Origin: Kiritimatiellia bacterium
GTDB taxonomy: Bacteria; Verrucomicrobiota; Kiritimatiellia; RFP12; UBA1067
Reading direction: 5' to 3'
Assembly (NCBI GenBank): GCA_050949565.1
Contig: JBMNFY010000017.1
Location: 1,856,001 to 1,920,000, forward strand
Length of the DNA stretch: 64,000 nucleotides
Shown here one piece after another: positions 21,141 through 31,572 of this stretch. The first letter of the stretch is position 1, and every line of letters begins with the position of its first letter. The translations under genes were made by a program, and so were the position numbers. The notes beneath the pieces were generated by a model. It worked only from the letters and a program-made list of their open reading frames with translations, was not told the DNA's origin and searched no databases.

Positions 21141-24100
21141 TCAACGCAAAACCATCACGGAGCCGCTGACGTAGAAGAGCTTCAGCGTGCCATCCGCTGA
21201 CGGTTTAACCTGCCAGTGGCTATTGGGCCTGTTGGTCCAGTCCAGCGCACCGGAAATCGTGTTGCCACCGCTGACCGTCGCGATGGTGTACTGCTTGGCG
21301 GTATCCAACAACTCGGGGTTGGCGACGGTCAACGTTGCGCCCGCGCCGAAAGTCAGCGAACCGTCGAGCAACAGGCGGTCGTTGCCAGCCGCAGCGATAT
21401 CGATCAGCAAAGCACCGGTCAGGGTCGTGTCGCAGGCGAGCGTCAAGTCGCCGACTGTGCCCACGCCGCCGGGCGCGAGCGTGCCGGTCACCATCAGCGT
21501 ACCGTTGCTGACCGCACCGCTGCCGCTCAGTGTAGCGAGCGTCGGGGCACATCCGTTCAGATCGAGCCCGGCCCCTTCAGCGATCACCAGCTCGGTGCCG
21601 ACGGACAGCGGGCTTTCGCCGGTCAACTCGGTGGTCAGCAGTGAGCCGTCACCGGGGTCGGTCAAGGTTACGAAATACGCGATGTTGGTTTCGTTTCGCC
21701 CGTAGAAATCCACGCCGAAACCGAACGATGTCGTCGTCCACCATTGCGATTTGACTGGGCCGCCACCGCCACCACCCTGGCCGAAGCGTGCCTCAAAGGC
21801 GTGCGGACCGGGTGTCAGCGTGTACGAGCCGATCGTCGGAACGTTCCACGAGACGCCATTGGCGATCACCGTCACGCCGTCGATCGTCAGCTTGACGTTA
21901 TCGTCAAAGTTTTCGGCAAATGTCCAGGTCTCGTTCGTCGGCGACCGGTTCCAGACATAACCCTTGTAGATCCATGTGGTGTAGTAGGGCTCCGTATACA
22001 CGATATTGGCCATGCGGGTCGTGAGGCGCGTGACGATGCTGGTCGACATCGCCTCGGTGGTATTGAAGGCACCGGCCACCGGAGCTTCGTACAATCCCGG
22101 CCGGGCGCCGCGGAGTTGCAACACGCCCTCACTGATGACGATCGGTGTTGTAGCGTCGATGCCCGTCGCGATGGTCAGCACCTTCTCGCCGACCTTGGTA
22201 AGGCCGTCGCACCGCAGGTGCCCGTCGGCGAGCAGACCGCCTTCGGCCGTAACCACACCGCCTGTGACCGTGAAACCGCCGAGACTCAGGACGCCACTGG
22301 CCAGTACGATATCGGAGCCCTCCGGCAGTGCGCCAGCCACATCGAGACTCAGCGTGCCGTTGCTGACTGTCGTCGCGCCGCCGTAGGTGTTGGCCGCATT
22401 CAGCAAGAGCGTTCCGGCACCCAGCTTGGAGAGGCCGCCACTGATGTTGGCACCGAGTGTGGCGGTCGCGGCGTTATGGGTACTGACACCGCCGCCGGAG
22501 AGCGTCACGGACGGAGCCGAGGTGTAGCCGAAGCCCGGGCAGGTCACTTGGATGCCGCTGACCGTGCCGCTCTTCGAATCAAACGTCGCGATGGCCGTCG
22601 CACCGGTACCGCCGCCGCCCTCAATCGTGACCATCGGCGGCCCGATGTAGCCGCCACTCGGTTCCACGGTGATGCTGGCTACGCCGCTACCGGCCGGCGC
22701 CTGCAATGGCACATCGATCGTCCCGTTCCAGTCGGCGGTATCGAACGCCGCGCCGTCTGCGTAGACATGCACAGCATCTGGAGCGTTGGCACCGGTGTTG
22801 AAGACTTTGCCATTCTGGCGCATCAGGAAGGTGCCGCCGTCAAAGTTCACATAGGCGGCGGATCCCGTGCGCGATGACGACTTCGTGATCATCGACGCGC
22901 TGACCGTGCCGCCGTTGAAATTGGCGATCGCCAGCATGTTTGTGCGGTCGGCCATGTTGATCGTTCCGTTGATTCTGACCTGCGCGTCACCGTCCGCCGT
23001 GAACACCGCAAACCCGTTTTGTAAGCCATTGTCGCTGGCTTCTCCCACGCTCAAATATGACGCTGTATTGAATGTACCGCCGACCGTGTGCACCACAGCG
23101 GTGCCGCCGCGGCTGAGGCCCAAAATTCCGGCATAGACGTTGCCCATCTCGAAGGCTCCGCCGGTCTGCCGCAAGATGCCAACGCTGTTGACGTTACGCC
23201 CGAGATGAAAGTAGCCCATGTTTGTGAAGGTCCCGCTGTTCAGTTCATAGTAGCCGTATCCAGAGAATCCGATACGCCCGTCACTGGCGCATCCTCCCCA
23301 GTTGTGCATGACGCCGCCATTCTGATAGACCGCGCCGTGGCTGCTGCTATTGTTGCCGACATAAAGCCGCTGCGTGATAGAGGCATTGTCCTGAATCTCA
23401 AGAATGCCGCAGCCGCTTTGGCCGATCACCAGCGTCGACTGTGGCACATTGTAGGGATAGAGATAACCGCCCCACGCGGTGTTCCCGCCGACGGTCATAC
23501 GGCCGAAGTCACCCGCATTGTATCCGACATACGCCGAATTGTTGGTCACGTAGACGAACGTCGGCGCCGGATTGGTGAGGAACAGATGGGCATTGCCGAC
23601 GTATAGCGTACCGATCTCATGGTCGCCCGGTGCGTCGAACGCTAAAGCGCCGCCGTTAATCCGCGTGTGACCACGATAGGCGGCCTTGCCTCTCAGCGAA
23701 AGGGTCTGATCCCCCAGCTTGGTCAAACCCATCAAATTGGTGAAATCGTAGGTGTAGGCCAGCGGCGCGAGGCTGGTGTCGATTGCGAGGCATGCGTTGG
23801 CGCCCGTGAAGGGGGCGGCATCGTGCAGGTCGCGTATCTCTTCGGCGGTCCAGCCTTGCTCGCCGTTGCTGGCATGCATCGCGAGCGTGCTGTCGTTGAC
23901 CACCGTCACGCGTCCGTCTTTATAGCCCGGCAGTGAGCCTGTGTGTTTCACGTAGAGCGTGCCGTTGCTGATCGTGGTCGTACCGGCGTAACTGTTGGCC
24001 GTATGGTTGAGCGAGATCGTGCCTGCACCGACCTTCACTACGCTACCCGGTCCCGTGACCTCTCCATTGAACGAGGCGTAGCATGCGCTCGCCGCATCCA

Positions 24101-27051
24101 AACGTGCCTGGCCGTCCAGTAGCGTGACCGGACCGTTCCAGAAGTTCCGCGTGTTGTTGCCCAACCGGGCGTAGAAGCGGGCGTTGTCTTCCAGCACCAA
24201 ACTCCAAAGCGTGGGCGTCGTCATATCATAGATGTCGAAATACGCGCCGCCACGGACGGTCATCACATTGTTCTCATCGCCGCCCATATTGGTGCTGGCC
24301 TCGATCGTGAAGCTACCCTCCCGGATGTCGATCGCCGCTGCGGGGCCGCCCGGCGCGACGGACACGGAGGTCAACCCCACCATGTTCTGACCGACTTTGG
24401 TGAGGGTGTGGTTGTTCATGGTAAGTGTCGAGGTGCCGTTGACGTTGCGCAGATCCCAGCGTCCGCTCTGCACACCGCCGAAGGTCGTGTCGCCCGCGAG
24501 CGTGACAATGCGCAATGCGTTGAATTGCGAGATACCGGAATTGTTGACAATTGCGCCCAGACCGTCGACCCCCGCGCCGGTAACCGTGATCGCCTCGGCG
24601 TTCAGGTTCATGGCCTGGCCGGTCATCGAACCGCCCACGTCGAGCGTGCCGCCGTCCTCAATGAACGTGCCGGCTGCAGGCGAGCCGAGCGCTGCATTGT
24701 TTGACGCCAGCACCATGCCGCTCTTGATGACAGTCGGCCCAAGGTAGGTGTTCGCGCCGGTCAGAACCAGCTTGCCCGATCCCTCATGAGTCAAGGTGCC
24801 GCCGCCTGAGATGACGCCTGCAATCGTTTGCGTCACGCTGCCGCCGAAAGCCAGCGTACCCGCGCCCAGAGCGGTCGGTCCGGTGTAGCTGTTGGCTGCC
24901 GTGAGCAGTGCCTTGCCAACGCCGTCTTTCGCGAGGCCTGCGGCTGCGCCGTTGTCTGCGATAGACGCATTGACCGTCAGCACGGCTGCGGCGTCATCAT
25001 TTTGCAGGATGACGTTCCCGCCCGACGCGAGCGGCGCGAGGAAGCCGTCGCCAGCGGCCTCACCGACCGTAACGGAAGCCTTGTTCTCTCCGATGAAGAG
25101 GGCGTCCGTACGCAGGGTTTTGTGAGTACCGTTCTCCTGGGTGGCGATCACCGCCGGCGTGGCGGTATTTTGACGGATGTAACGGATACTGTTGGCCTGT
25201 GCGCCCGCTAGCGTGATCGCGCCGACCGTGCCGTCGCTATCGATCTCCGCACCGAGGGCCGCATCGTCAGGGATGACGGAATTTGGTCCACGCGCTGCGA
25301 TGGAGGTAGTCGCCGCGCCTGATGAAACGTGCAACCCGTTGACCGCATCATAGGCCACCATGCCTTGGCCGTTGATCGTGATCCACGATCCGATCAATCC
25401 CGCAGGCTGTCCGGTGATGAAAATCCGTGCACGGTCGCTTGCGCCGATATCGGCACCCGTGATGTTGAGCGTGCCACCACCGGCGCGGGTCAGGGACGCG
25501 AAAGTCAGCGTGGCACTCTGTCCCTGGGCGGCTGGCGTGAAGGCCAGCGTACTGGCGTTGTGCCGCACGGTGAGCGCACCAGCCGTCTCGCTGAAATTCG
25601 CCGCGCTGCCGTCGTTCTCGACACTCAGCGTGCCGCCGTCCAAAATGATCGACGATGCGTCGCGCAGACGGTTGCCGTTGTTGGCGGTGGCGGTATTGAC
25701 CAAACGTAGCGTCGCGCCGTTGGTGATTGTGTAGGATGCAGAAGAAGCGATTGCACCGGCCGCACCAGAGAGAATGAGTGTGCCCTCCTCGATGGCGGTC
25801 GAGCCACTGTAGGAACTCGCCCCTGAGATCGTCCACGTGCCGCTGCCGCGTTTGATCAACGTGACCGTGCCGGAATCATTCATGATACCGCCGCTGAACT
25901 CGCCGGTGCCGTCAGTCGAGCCCTGCAGAATCAGGGTCTTGCTACCGCTTGTGGCACCGGTGGCGCGCGTAAAGAGCAGGTGGCCGCTGCCGCCCTGCTC
26001 GATGGCGCCTCCTCTGTGGAGTTCCACCAGACGGTCGCTGGTGCTGCCCGTGCCGAGGTAGAGATAACGGCAGTCGGCGTGGTTGAGAATGACACTGCCG
26101 CCGGCCCCCAGACTGCACGGGGTCGAGCCGTTGGCGATGGTGTCGAATGCGATCGTGGCGGGTACGTTGATGATAGTGCTCATTGTGTAATCATTCGCCG
26201 GATTCATCAGTGCGATCGTCCCGTAGTACGAACTGTGCCAGAACTCAAAACCTGTCGCCCCGGTCAGCTTGGCGTTGATGGTAAGGGTCTTGCCGTTGGC
26301 CGCACCGTTGTCGAGATGGTTGTTGCCTCCAGCGGTGCTCAGGAAAATCGATCCGGGGCCATTGATCGTACAGTTTCCAGCCGCCATGATACCGCTGCCG
26401 CCTGTGTTACTCACGGTCAAGGTCGTCCCGGCGCCGAGATTGATGACGCCGTCCGCCGCGTTGATCTGAATCTGCCGGATGCTGGTGTTGCCGTTCAGAT
26501 TGACCACGCCGGAGGAGTTGTAGGTGATGTCAAGCACGCTGGAAGCGCGCTGCAGCGGTCCATCCACCGTGATCGTGCCGACGCCGTTCAGATTGAGCAT
26601 CTTGGTGCCGCCGCTCATGCCGCCGATCGCGCCGACAGTCAAGGTCCGCTCTGCATGGTCGTTACGCAGCGAATAGGCCGCGTTGGCCGAGTCGGGGCCC
26701 AGACGCAGCGTGGTGTTGAGCGTTTGGCTTGCGCCGGCCGTGTCGGTGATGCGGACCTCGCCGCCATCGCGCAGGATGGTGGTCTGGCTGGTTCCGATGC
26801 CGATCGTGTATGCGGCGACCGACGCCGTGTCGAACACGATATTTAGGATGCCGGGGAGCCCCGCCGTGTTGATCGTTGTGTTCGCGCTGGCTCCCGAGAA
26901 GGTAGCGGTGTCTCCGCCCGACGGATAGGGCGACGCACTCCAGTTGGCGCTGTCGGTCCAGTTGGCGCTTTGTGCGCCGCTCCACGTTCCGCTGGCGGCG
27001 TACGCACTCAGGCAGGCTCCCAGCAAGGTGACGGTAACGAAGACATCCAAT
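21141..27051 (-). CDS. ~1970-aa secreted autotransporter-associated beta-strand repeat protein with PA14-like domain; native start removed by the IS
   Basis: Many LxKxGxGTLxLxxxNTYxGxTxV repeats; WIYKGYVW..WTFAENFDDNVKLTIDG..FEARFGQGGG (PA14-like). Signal h-region VFVTVTLLGACLSAYA begins right at the IS edge. Ends GSVMVLR; no beta-barrel. Confidence 0.85.
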
Positions 27052-28500
27052 AAGGACTTTCCCCAAAAAATCGGGGGCAATTATATCTAAGTCCTTGAAA
27101 ACAAAGGGGATGCGTCTCTGACGGGCGTGCCTGAAAGTGAAAAAGTGGTTTTCCTCCGCCGGTTCTGCCAAAATGGCGGTTCAACCAAAAACCAAAAACC
27201 GGAAAGGAAAACCGACGTGAATCATAGCGCAACGGCGTTCAAAGCGCGAGAGCAACTCAAGAATTTTTTGGGGGAACTTTCCCCCCGGTTTTCCAAGCCG
27301 CTCGGCAAGTTCGTGGGCGACATGGTCTACGGGATACAGGCGTCGCAGGACGTGAAGCTCAGCCGGATCGCCCGCGCGCTCGACGAGCCGATATCGATGA
27401 AGAAACTGGAGGACAGGCTGAGCCGGATGCTCGGGAGCGAGGGCATCGAGCAGGGGATTTCCGACGCTGTCGCCCGTCTGGGCTCGCGTCACGTCCATCA
27501 GGACACGCTGATCGTCATCGACCCGACCGACATCCGTAAGCTGTACGCGAAGAAGATGGAATATCTCGCCCGCGTCCGGGACGGGAGCACGGGGGAGATC
27601 GGCAACGGATACAGCGCCTGCCTGGCGGTCGCCTGCGAGAGCGGCGGCCGCCGGATCACGCCGTTGCACATGCGGCTGTGGTCGAGCGAGGCGGAGGGCT
27701 TCATCAGCCAGAACGACGAGGTGCTCGGCGTCATCGACCAGATCAGCTCCCGCGCGAAGAAGCGCGGCATCTACGTCATCGACCGCGGAGGCGACGGAGA
27801 CTGGCTGTTCGACGGCCTGGACCGGCGCAAACTGGACTACATCGTGCGCCTCGTGGGCAACCGCAACCTGCTCCACGGCCGGCGGACCGCGCTGGCCGAA
27901 GAACTGGCGGCATCCTGCCCCATGAAGCACATCGAGATCGTCACGAGGGAGACGGGGGACGGGGTGAAAAGCTATAAGCTGGAGTTCGGCGCCATGACCG
28001 TCGCCCTGCCGCAGAGGCCCGACAAGCCCCTGCGCATGGTCGTGGTGAAGGGGTTCGGCGAGCGGCCGATGCTCCTGCTGACCACGCTGGCCGGGACGAC
28101 GTCGCGCAAGTCCCTGTGGCAGGTCGTCGAGGGCTATCTGACGCGGTGGCGCGTCGAGGACGCGATCCGCTTCGTCAAGCAGAGCTACAACCTCGAGGAC
28201 ATCCGGGTCCTGACGTACCGGCGCCTGAAAAACATGGTCGCTCTGCTGCTGGCCGTCATCTACTTCAACTGCGTCTGGCTGGCCGGACGGCTGCGCTGCG
28301 AGATCCTGACGACCAACATCACCCACGCCGCCAAGCGCATCTACGGCGTGGCCGAGTTCCTCCACTACGCCGTCGCCGACGGCCTCGGGAGGCTCTTCAC
28401 GCGCCACGGGAAATGGTACGGCTACAAGCCGCCAGACCCCGAATCAAACCCGCTCGGACTGGTCTTTCTGGAATGACCAGATTTTTTGGGGAAACTCCTT
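27052..28500 (+). mobile_element. IS4-superfamily insertion sequence (complete copy)
   Basis: IRL aaggactttccccaaaaaatcggg (from 27052) and IRR ccagattttttggggaaactcctt (ending 28500) enclose a DDE transposase. No target-site duplication is visible. Confidence 0.9.
27217..28476 (+). CDS. DDE transposase (IS4-like)
   Basis: VIDPTD (D1), IYVIDRGGD (D2) and YLTRWRVEDAIRFVK (Y-2-R-3-E-6-K signature); GTG at 27217 follows a GAAAGGA SD. Confidence 0.92.
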   Translation: MNHSATAFKAREQLKNFLGELSPRFSKPLGKFVGDMVYGIQASQDVKLSRIARALDEPISMKKLEDRLSRMLGSEGIEQGISDAVARLGSRHVHQDTLIVIDPTDIRKLYAKKMEYLARVRDGSTGEIGNGYSACLAVACESGGRRITPLHMRLWSSEAEGFISQNDEVLGVIDQISSRAKKRGIYVIDRGGDGDWLFDGLDRRKLDYIVRLVGNRNLLHGRRTALAEELAASCPMKHIEIVTRETGDGVKSYKLEFGAMTVALPQRPDKPLRMVVVKGFGERPMLLLTTLAGTTSRKSLWQVVEGYLTRWRVEDAIRFVKQSYNLEDIRVLTYRRLKNMVALLLAVIYFNCVWLAGRLRCEILTTNITHAAKRIYGVAEFLHYAVADGLGRLFTRHGKWYGYKPPDPESNPLGLVFLE

Positions 28501-28505
28501 GCGAA

Positions 28506-28573
28506 GTTGACCGTTGAGCGGTCAACAGGCGATGTGGTACTATCACGTAAACGTTTGGACTATCACGGAGGGG
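28506..28573 (+). promoter_or_regulatory. rhaB promoter/operator region (repeated at +2997)
   Basis: Palindrome GTTGACCG-ttgag-CGGTCAAC; TTGAGC-18 bp-TACTAT with TG; direct repeat ACTATCACG x2 (20 bp apart) around an AAACGTTT core; SD GGAGGGG. Confidence 0.5.
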
Positions 28574-28575
28574 TT

Positions 28576-30081
28576 ATGGCTGAGAAGAAGTTGTTCGCAG
28601 TGGATTTGGGCGCGTCGGGCGGCAAATGTTTCATCGGGTTCTTTGGCGACGGCACGTTCCGCATGGAAGAGGTGCATCGCTTTGCGCACGAGGGGGTGTC
28701 CTTCTTCTTGCCGGACCGTACCGGCGCAGTAACGGAGCGCACCTATTGGGATGACACCGCGATTTACCAGAATATCGTCAAGGGCCTGCAAGCGGCGCGG
28801 CGCGCGTACGGCGATACGCTGGACGGCATCGGCATCGACACTTGGGGGGCGGACGGCCACTTGCTTACCCAGGACGGCGATCTGCTGGGCAAAGTCTATT
28901 GTTACCGCGACCACCGGCTCGATACCATGTGCGACGAGGTCAAAGCGCGCATTGACGCCGAGAAGGTCTACGCCATCACCGGCAACCATTTCCAGCCGTT
29001 CAACCAGTCTAACCAGCTTCTGTGGGTGGCCACACGTCGGCCGGAGCTGCTTAAACTCGCCAAGATCTATCTGCCGATCCCCGCGCTCTTTTACTACTAC
29101 CTCGGCGGATGCACGGCGGTGGATTCGACCTTCGCGAGTGTCACGCAGATGATGGACGCCAAAAGGGGCAAGTGGAGCCGGGAGATCCTGAAGGCGCTGG
29201 GTATCCCCAAGAAGTTGATGCCTGAGATCGTCAAGCCCGGTACGCGTGTCGGCACGCTGCAGCCCAAGTTGGCCGCTACCTGCGGTCTGAACGAGGTGCC
29301 TCTGATCGCGGTCGGCTCGCACGACACCGCCAGTGCCTTCGCCGCAGCGCCGGTTAAAAACACCAAAAAGGCGCTGATCATCAGTTCGGGTACGTGGTCG
29401 CTGGTCGGCAAGCTGATCAAGAAGCCCATCACCACGCCCGAGGCGATGGCGTACGGCCTGAGTAACGAAGGCGGTATTGGCAACACGCGTTTCCTGCGCA
29501 ACTGCATGGGCACGTGGATCGTGCAGGAGTTGCTGCGCGTGTGGGAGATTGCGGACGGCAAGCGCATGGAGTGGAAAGAGGTGGACACCATCACGCCCGC
29601 CGCACCGGCCTTCACGGCGTTTATCGATCCCGACGATCCGCGCTTCTACAACCCCGCCGACATGGAGCAGGCGATCCGTAGCTTCATCGCCGAGACCGGC
29701 CAGACCGCACCGGCTGACCGCGGCACGGTGTTGCGCTGCGTCTACGAGAGTCTGGCGCTCAAATACCGTTACGTCAACGAGATGATCAACCGCGTCACCG
29801 GTACCGAAACCACGGTCGTGCACATCGTGGGCGGCGGCAGCAACAACCCGCTGCTCAACCAGTTCACCGCCGATTCAGTCGGCGTGCCGGTCTTGGCCGG
29901 ACCAAAAGAGGCGACCGCCATCGGCAACCTCATGGTGCAGGCGATCGGCGCCGGGATCATTCCGGATCTCAAGGCCGCGATGCCGCTGATCAAAAACGCT
30001 TTTCCGATCGCCACCTTCAAGCCGCAGGATACAGCGGCTTGGAACGCGGCGTACGAACGCTTTACAAAACTGCTGAAGTAA
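28576..30081 (+). CDS. rhaB: Rhamnulokinase / FGGY-family sugar kinase, copy 1
   Basis: FAVDLGASGG, GIGIDTWGAD, YCYRDHR, VGSHDTASA, ISSGTWSLVG, SNEGG and VHIVGGGS.N; ATG 28576 follows an SD. Confidence 0.9.
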   Translation: MAEKKLFAVDLGASGGKCFIGFFGDGTFRMEEVHRFAHEGVSFFLPDRTGAVTERTYWDDTAIYQNIVKGLQAARRAYGDTLDGIGIDTWGADGHLLTQDGDLLGKVYCYRDHRLDTMCDEVKARIDAEKVYAITGNHFQPFNQSNQLLWVATRRPELLKLAKIYLPIPALFYYYLGGCTAVDSTFASVTQMMDAKRGKWSREILKALGIPKKLMPEIVKPGTRVGTLQPKLAATCGLNEVPLIAVGSHDTASAFAAAPVKNTKKALIISSGTWSLVGKLIKKPITTPEAMAYGLSNEGGIGNTRFLRNCMGTWIVQELLRVWEIADGKRMEWKEVDTITPAAPAFTAFIDPDDPRFYNPADMEQAIRSFIAETGQTAPADRGTVLRCVYESLALKYRYVNEMINRVTGTETTVVHIVGGGSNNPLLNQFTADSVGVPVLAGPKEATAIGNLMVQAIGAGIIPDLKAAMPLIKNAFPIATFKPQDTAAWNAAYERFTKLLK

Positions 30082-30096
30082 AAGGAATACCGCACG

Positions 30097-31473
30097 ATGA
30101 TGTCGCGTCTTTCTCTCTCCGCCGGGCTGATTGCCTTGGCGGGCCTCGTATCTGCCCAAGGGCTGCTTTCAAACAAGAACCCCGCCGTGTTGCTTGATGG
30201 CGTGGCCGCCTACGTCAACTCCGAGATGATCACCATCGGCGAGGTGATGAGCGAGGTGCGGCGCAGTCCATGGGCTGACACCGCGCCGGAGCTGCGCGAA
30301 AAGCGGTTGCGCGAGTTGTATGCCGCCACGCTCAACGCGTTGATCGACCGCAAGTTGATTCTGGCCGCCGCGCAAAAATCGAAGATGGAACTGCAATCCT
30401 GGGCGGTGGACAACCGCATCCGCGAAATCGTGGCCAACAACTTCGACGGTGACCAGACCAAACTGCACGACCTGCTGGCGGACCGCAAGATCTCTTTCGA
30501 GGAGTGGAAGAAGAACATTGAGGAGGACTTGCTGATCACGGCCATGCGCAAGATGGAATATCTCGCCCGCGTCCGGGACGGGAGCACGGGGGAGATCGGC
30601 AACGGATACAGCGCCTGCCTGGCGGTCGCCTGCGAGAGCGGCGGCCGCCGGATCACGCCGTTGCACATGCGGCTGTGGTCGAGCGAGGCGGAGGGCTTCA
30701 TCAGCCAGAACGACGAGGTGCTCGGCGTCATCGACCAGATCAGCTCCCGCGCGAAGAAGCGCGGCATCTACGTCATCGACCGCGGAGGCGACGGAGACTG
30801 GCTGTTCGACGGCCTGGACCGGCGCAAACTGGACTACATCGTGCGCCTCGTGGGCAACCGCAACCTGCTCCACGGCCGGCGGACCGCGCTGGCCGAAGAA
30901 CTGGCGGCATCCTGCCCCATGAAGCACATCGAGATCGTCACGAGGGAGACGGGGGACGGGGTGAAAAGCTATAAGCTGGAGTTCGGCGCCATGACCGTCG
31001 CCCTGCCGCAGAGGCCCGACAAGCCCCTGCGCATGGTCGTGGTGAAGGGGTTCGGCGAGCGGCCGATGCTCCTGCTGACCACGCTGGCCGGGACGACGTC
31101 GCGCAAGTCCCTGTGGCAGGTCGTCGAGGGCTATCTGACGCGGTGGCGCGTCGAGGACGCGATCCGCTTCGTCAAGCAGAGCTACAACCTCGAGGACATC
31201 CGGGTCCTGACGTACCGGCGCCTGAAAAACATGGTCGCTCTGCTGCTGGCCGTCATCTACTTCAACTGCGTCTGGCTGGCCGGACGGCTGCGCTGCGAGA
31301 TCCTGACGACCAACATCACCCACGCCGCCAAGCGCATCTACGGCGTGGCCGAGTTCCTCCACTACGCCGTCGCCGACGGCCTCGGGAGGCTCTTCACGCG
31401 CCACGGGAAATGGTACGGCTACAAGCCGCCAGACCCCGAATCAAACCCGCTCGGACTGGTCTTTCTGGAATGA
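30097..31473 (+). CDS. Chimeric ORF: SurA N-terminal 151 aa fused in frame to the C-terminal 307 aa of the transposase
   Basis: ...EEDLLITAMR|KMEYLARVRDG...; created by the duplication junction at 30549/30550. Confidence 0.85.
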   Translation: MMSRLSLSAGLIALAGLVSAQGLLSNKNPAVLLDGVAAYVNSEMITIGEVMSEVRRSPWADTAPELREKRLRELYAATLNALIDRKLILAAAQKSKMELQSWAVDNRIREIVANNFDGDQTKLHDLLADRKISFEEWKKNIEEDLLITAMRKMEYLARVRDGSTGEIGNGYSACLAVACESGGRRITPLHMRLWSSEAEGFISQNDEVLGVIDQISSRAKKRGIYVIDRGGDGDWLFDGLDRRKLDYIVRLVGNRNLLHGRRTALAEELAASCPMKHIEIVTRETGDGVKSYKLEFGAMTVALPQRPDKPLRMVVVKGFGERPMLLLTTLAGTTSRKSLWQVVEGYLTRWRVEDAIRFVKQSYNLEDIRVLTYRRLKNMVALLLAVIYFNCVWLAGRLRCEILTTNITHAAKRIYGVAEFLHYAVADGLGRLFTRHGKWYGYKPPDPESNPLGLVFLE

Positions 31474-31497
31474 CCAGATTTTTTGGGGAAACTCCTT
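30550..31497 (+). mobile_element. 5'-truncated IS copy (transposase 3' part + IRR only)
   Basis: Matches 27553-28500; lacks IRL and the first catalytic Asp. Confidence 0.9.
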
Positions 31498-31572
31498 GCG
31501 AAGTTGACCGTTGAGCGGTCAACAGGCGATGTGGTACTATCACGTAAACGTTTGGACTATCACGGAGGGGTT

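Noticed and set aside
5137-27051. Classical type Va autotransporter call for the two passenger-repeat proteins
   Set aside because: Neither has a ~300-aa C-terminal beta-barrel or a terminal aromatic residue; both end in the short Arg-terminated motif.
27181-28407. 408-aa antisense ORF inside the transposase (and its 411-aa twin at 30169-31404)
   Set aside because: Shadow ORF from strong GC3 bias on the opposite strand; no recognisable motifs.
28486-28575. N-terminal extension MGKLLAKLTVERS... of rhaB in the ORF track
   Set aside because: It starts within the IS right end. ATG 28576 has a strong SD and matches the FGGY-kinase N-terminus.
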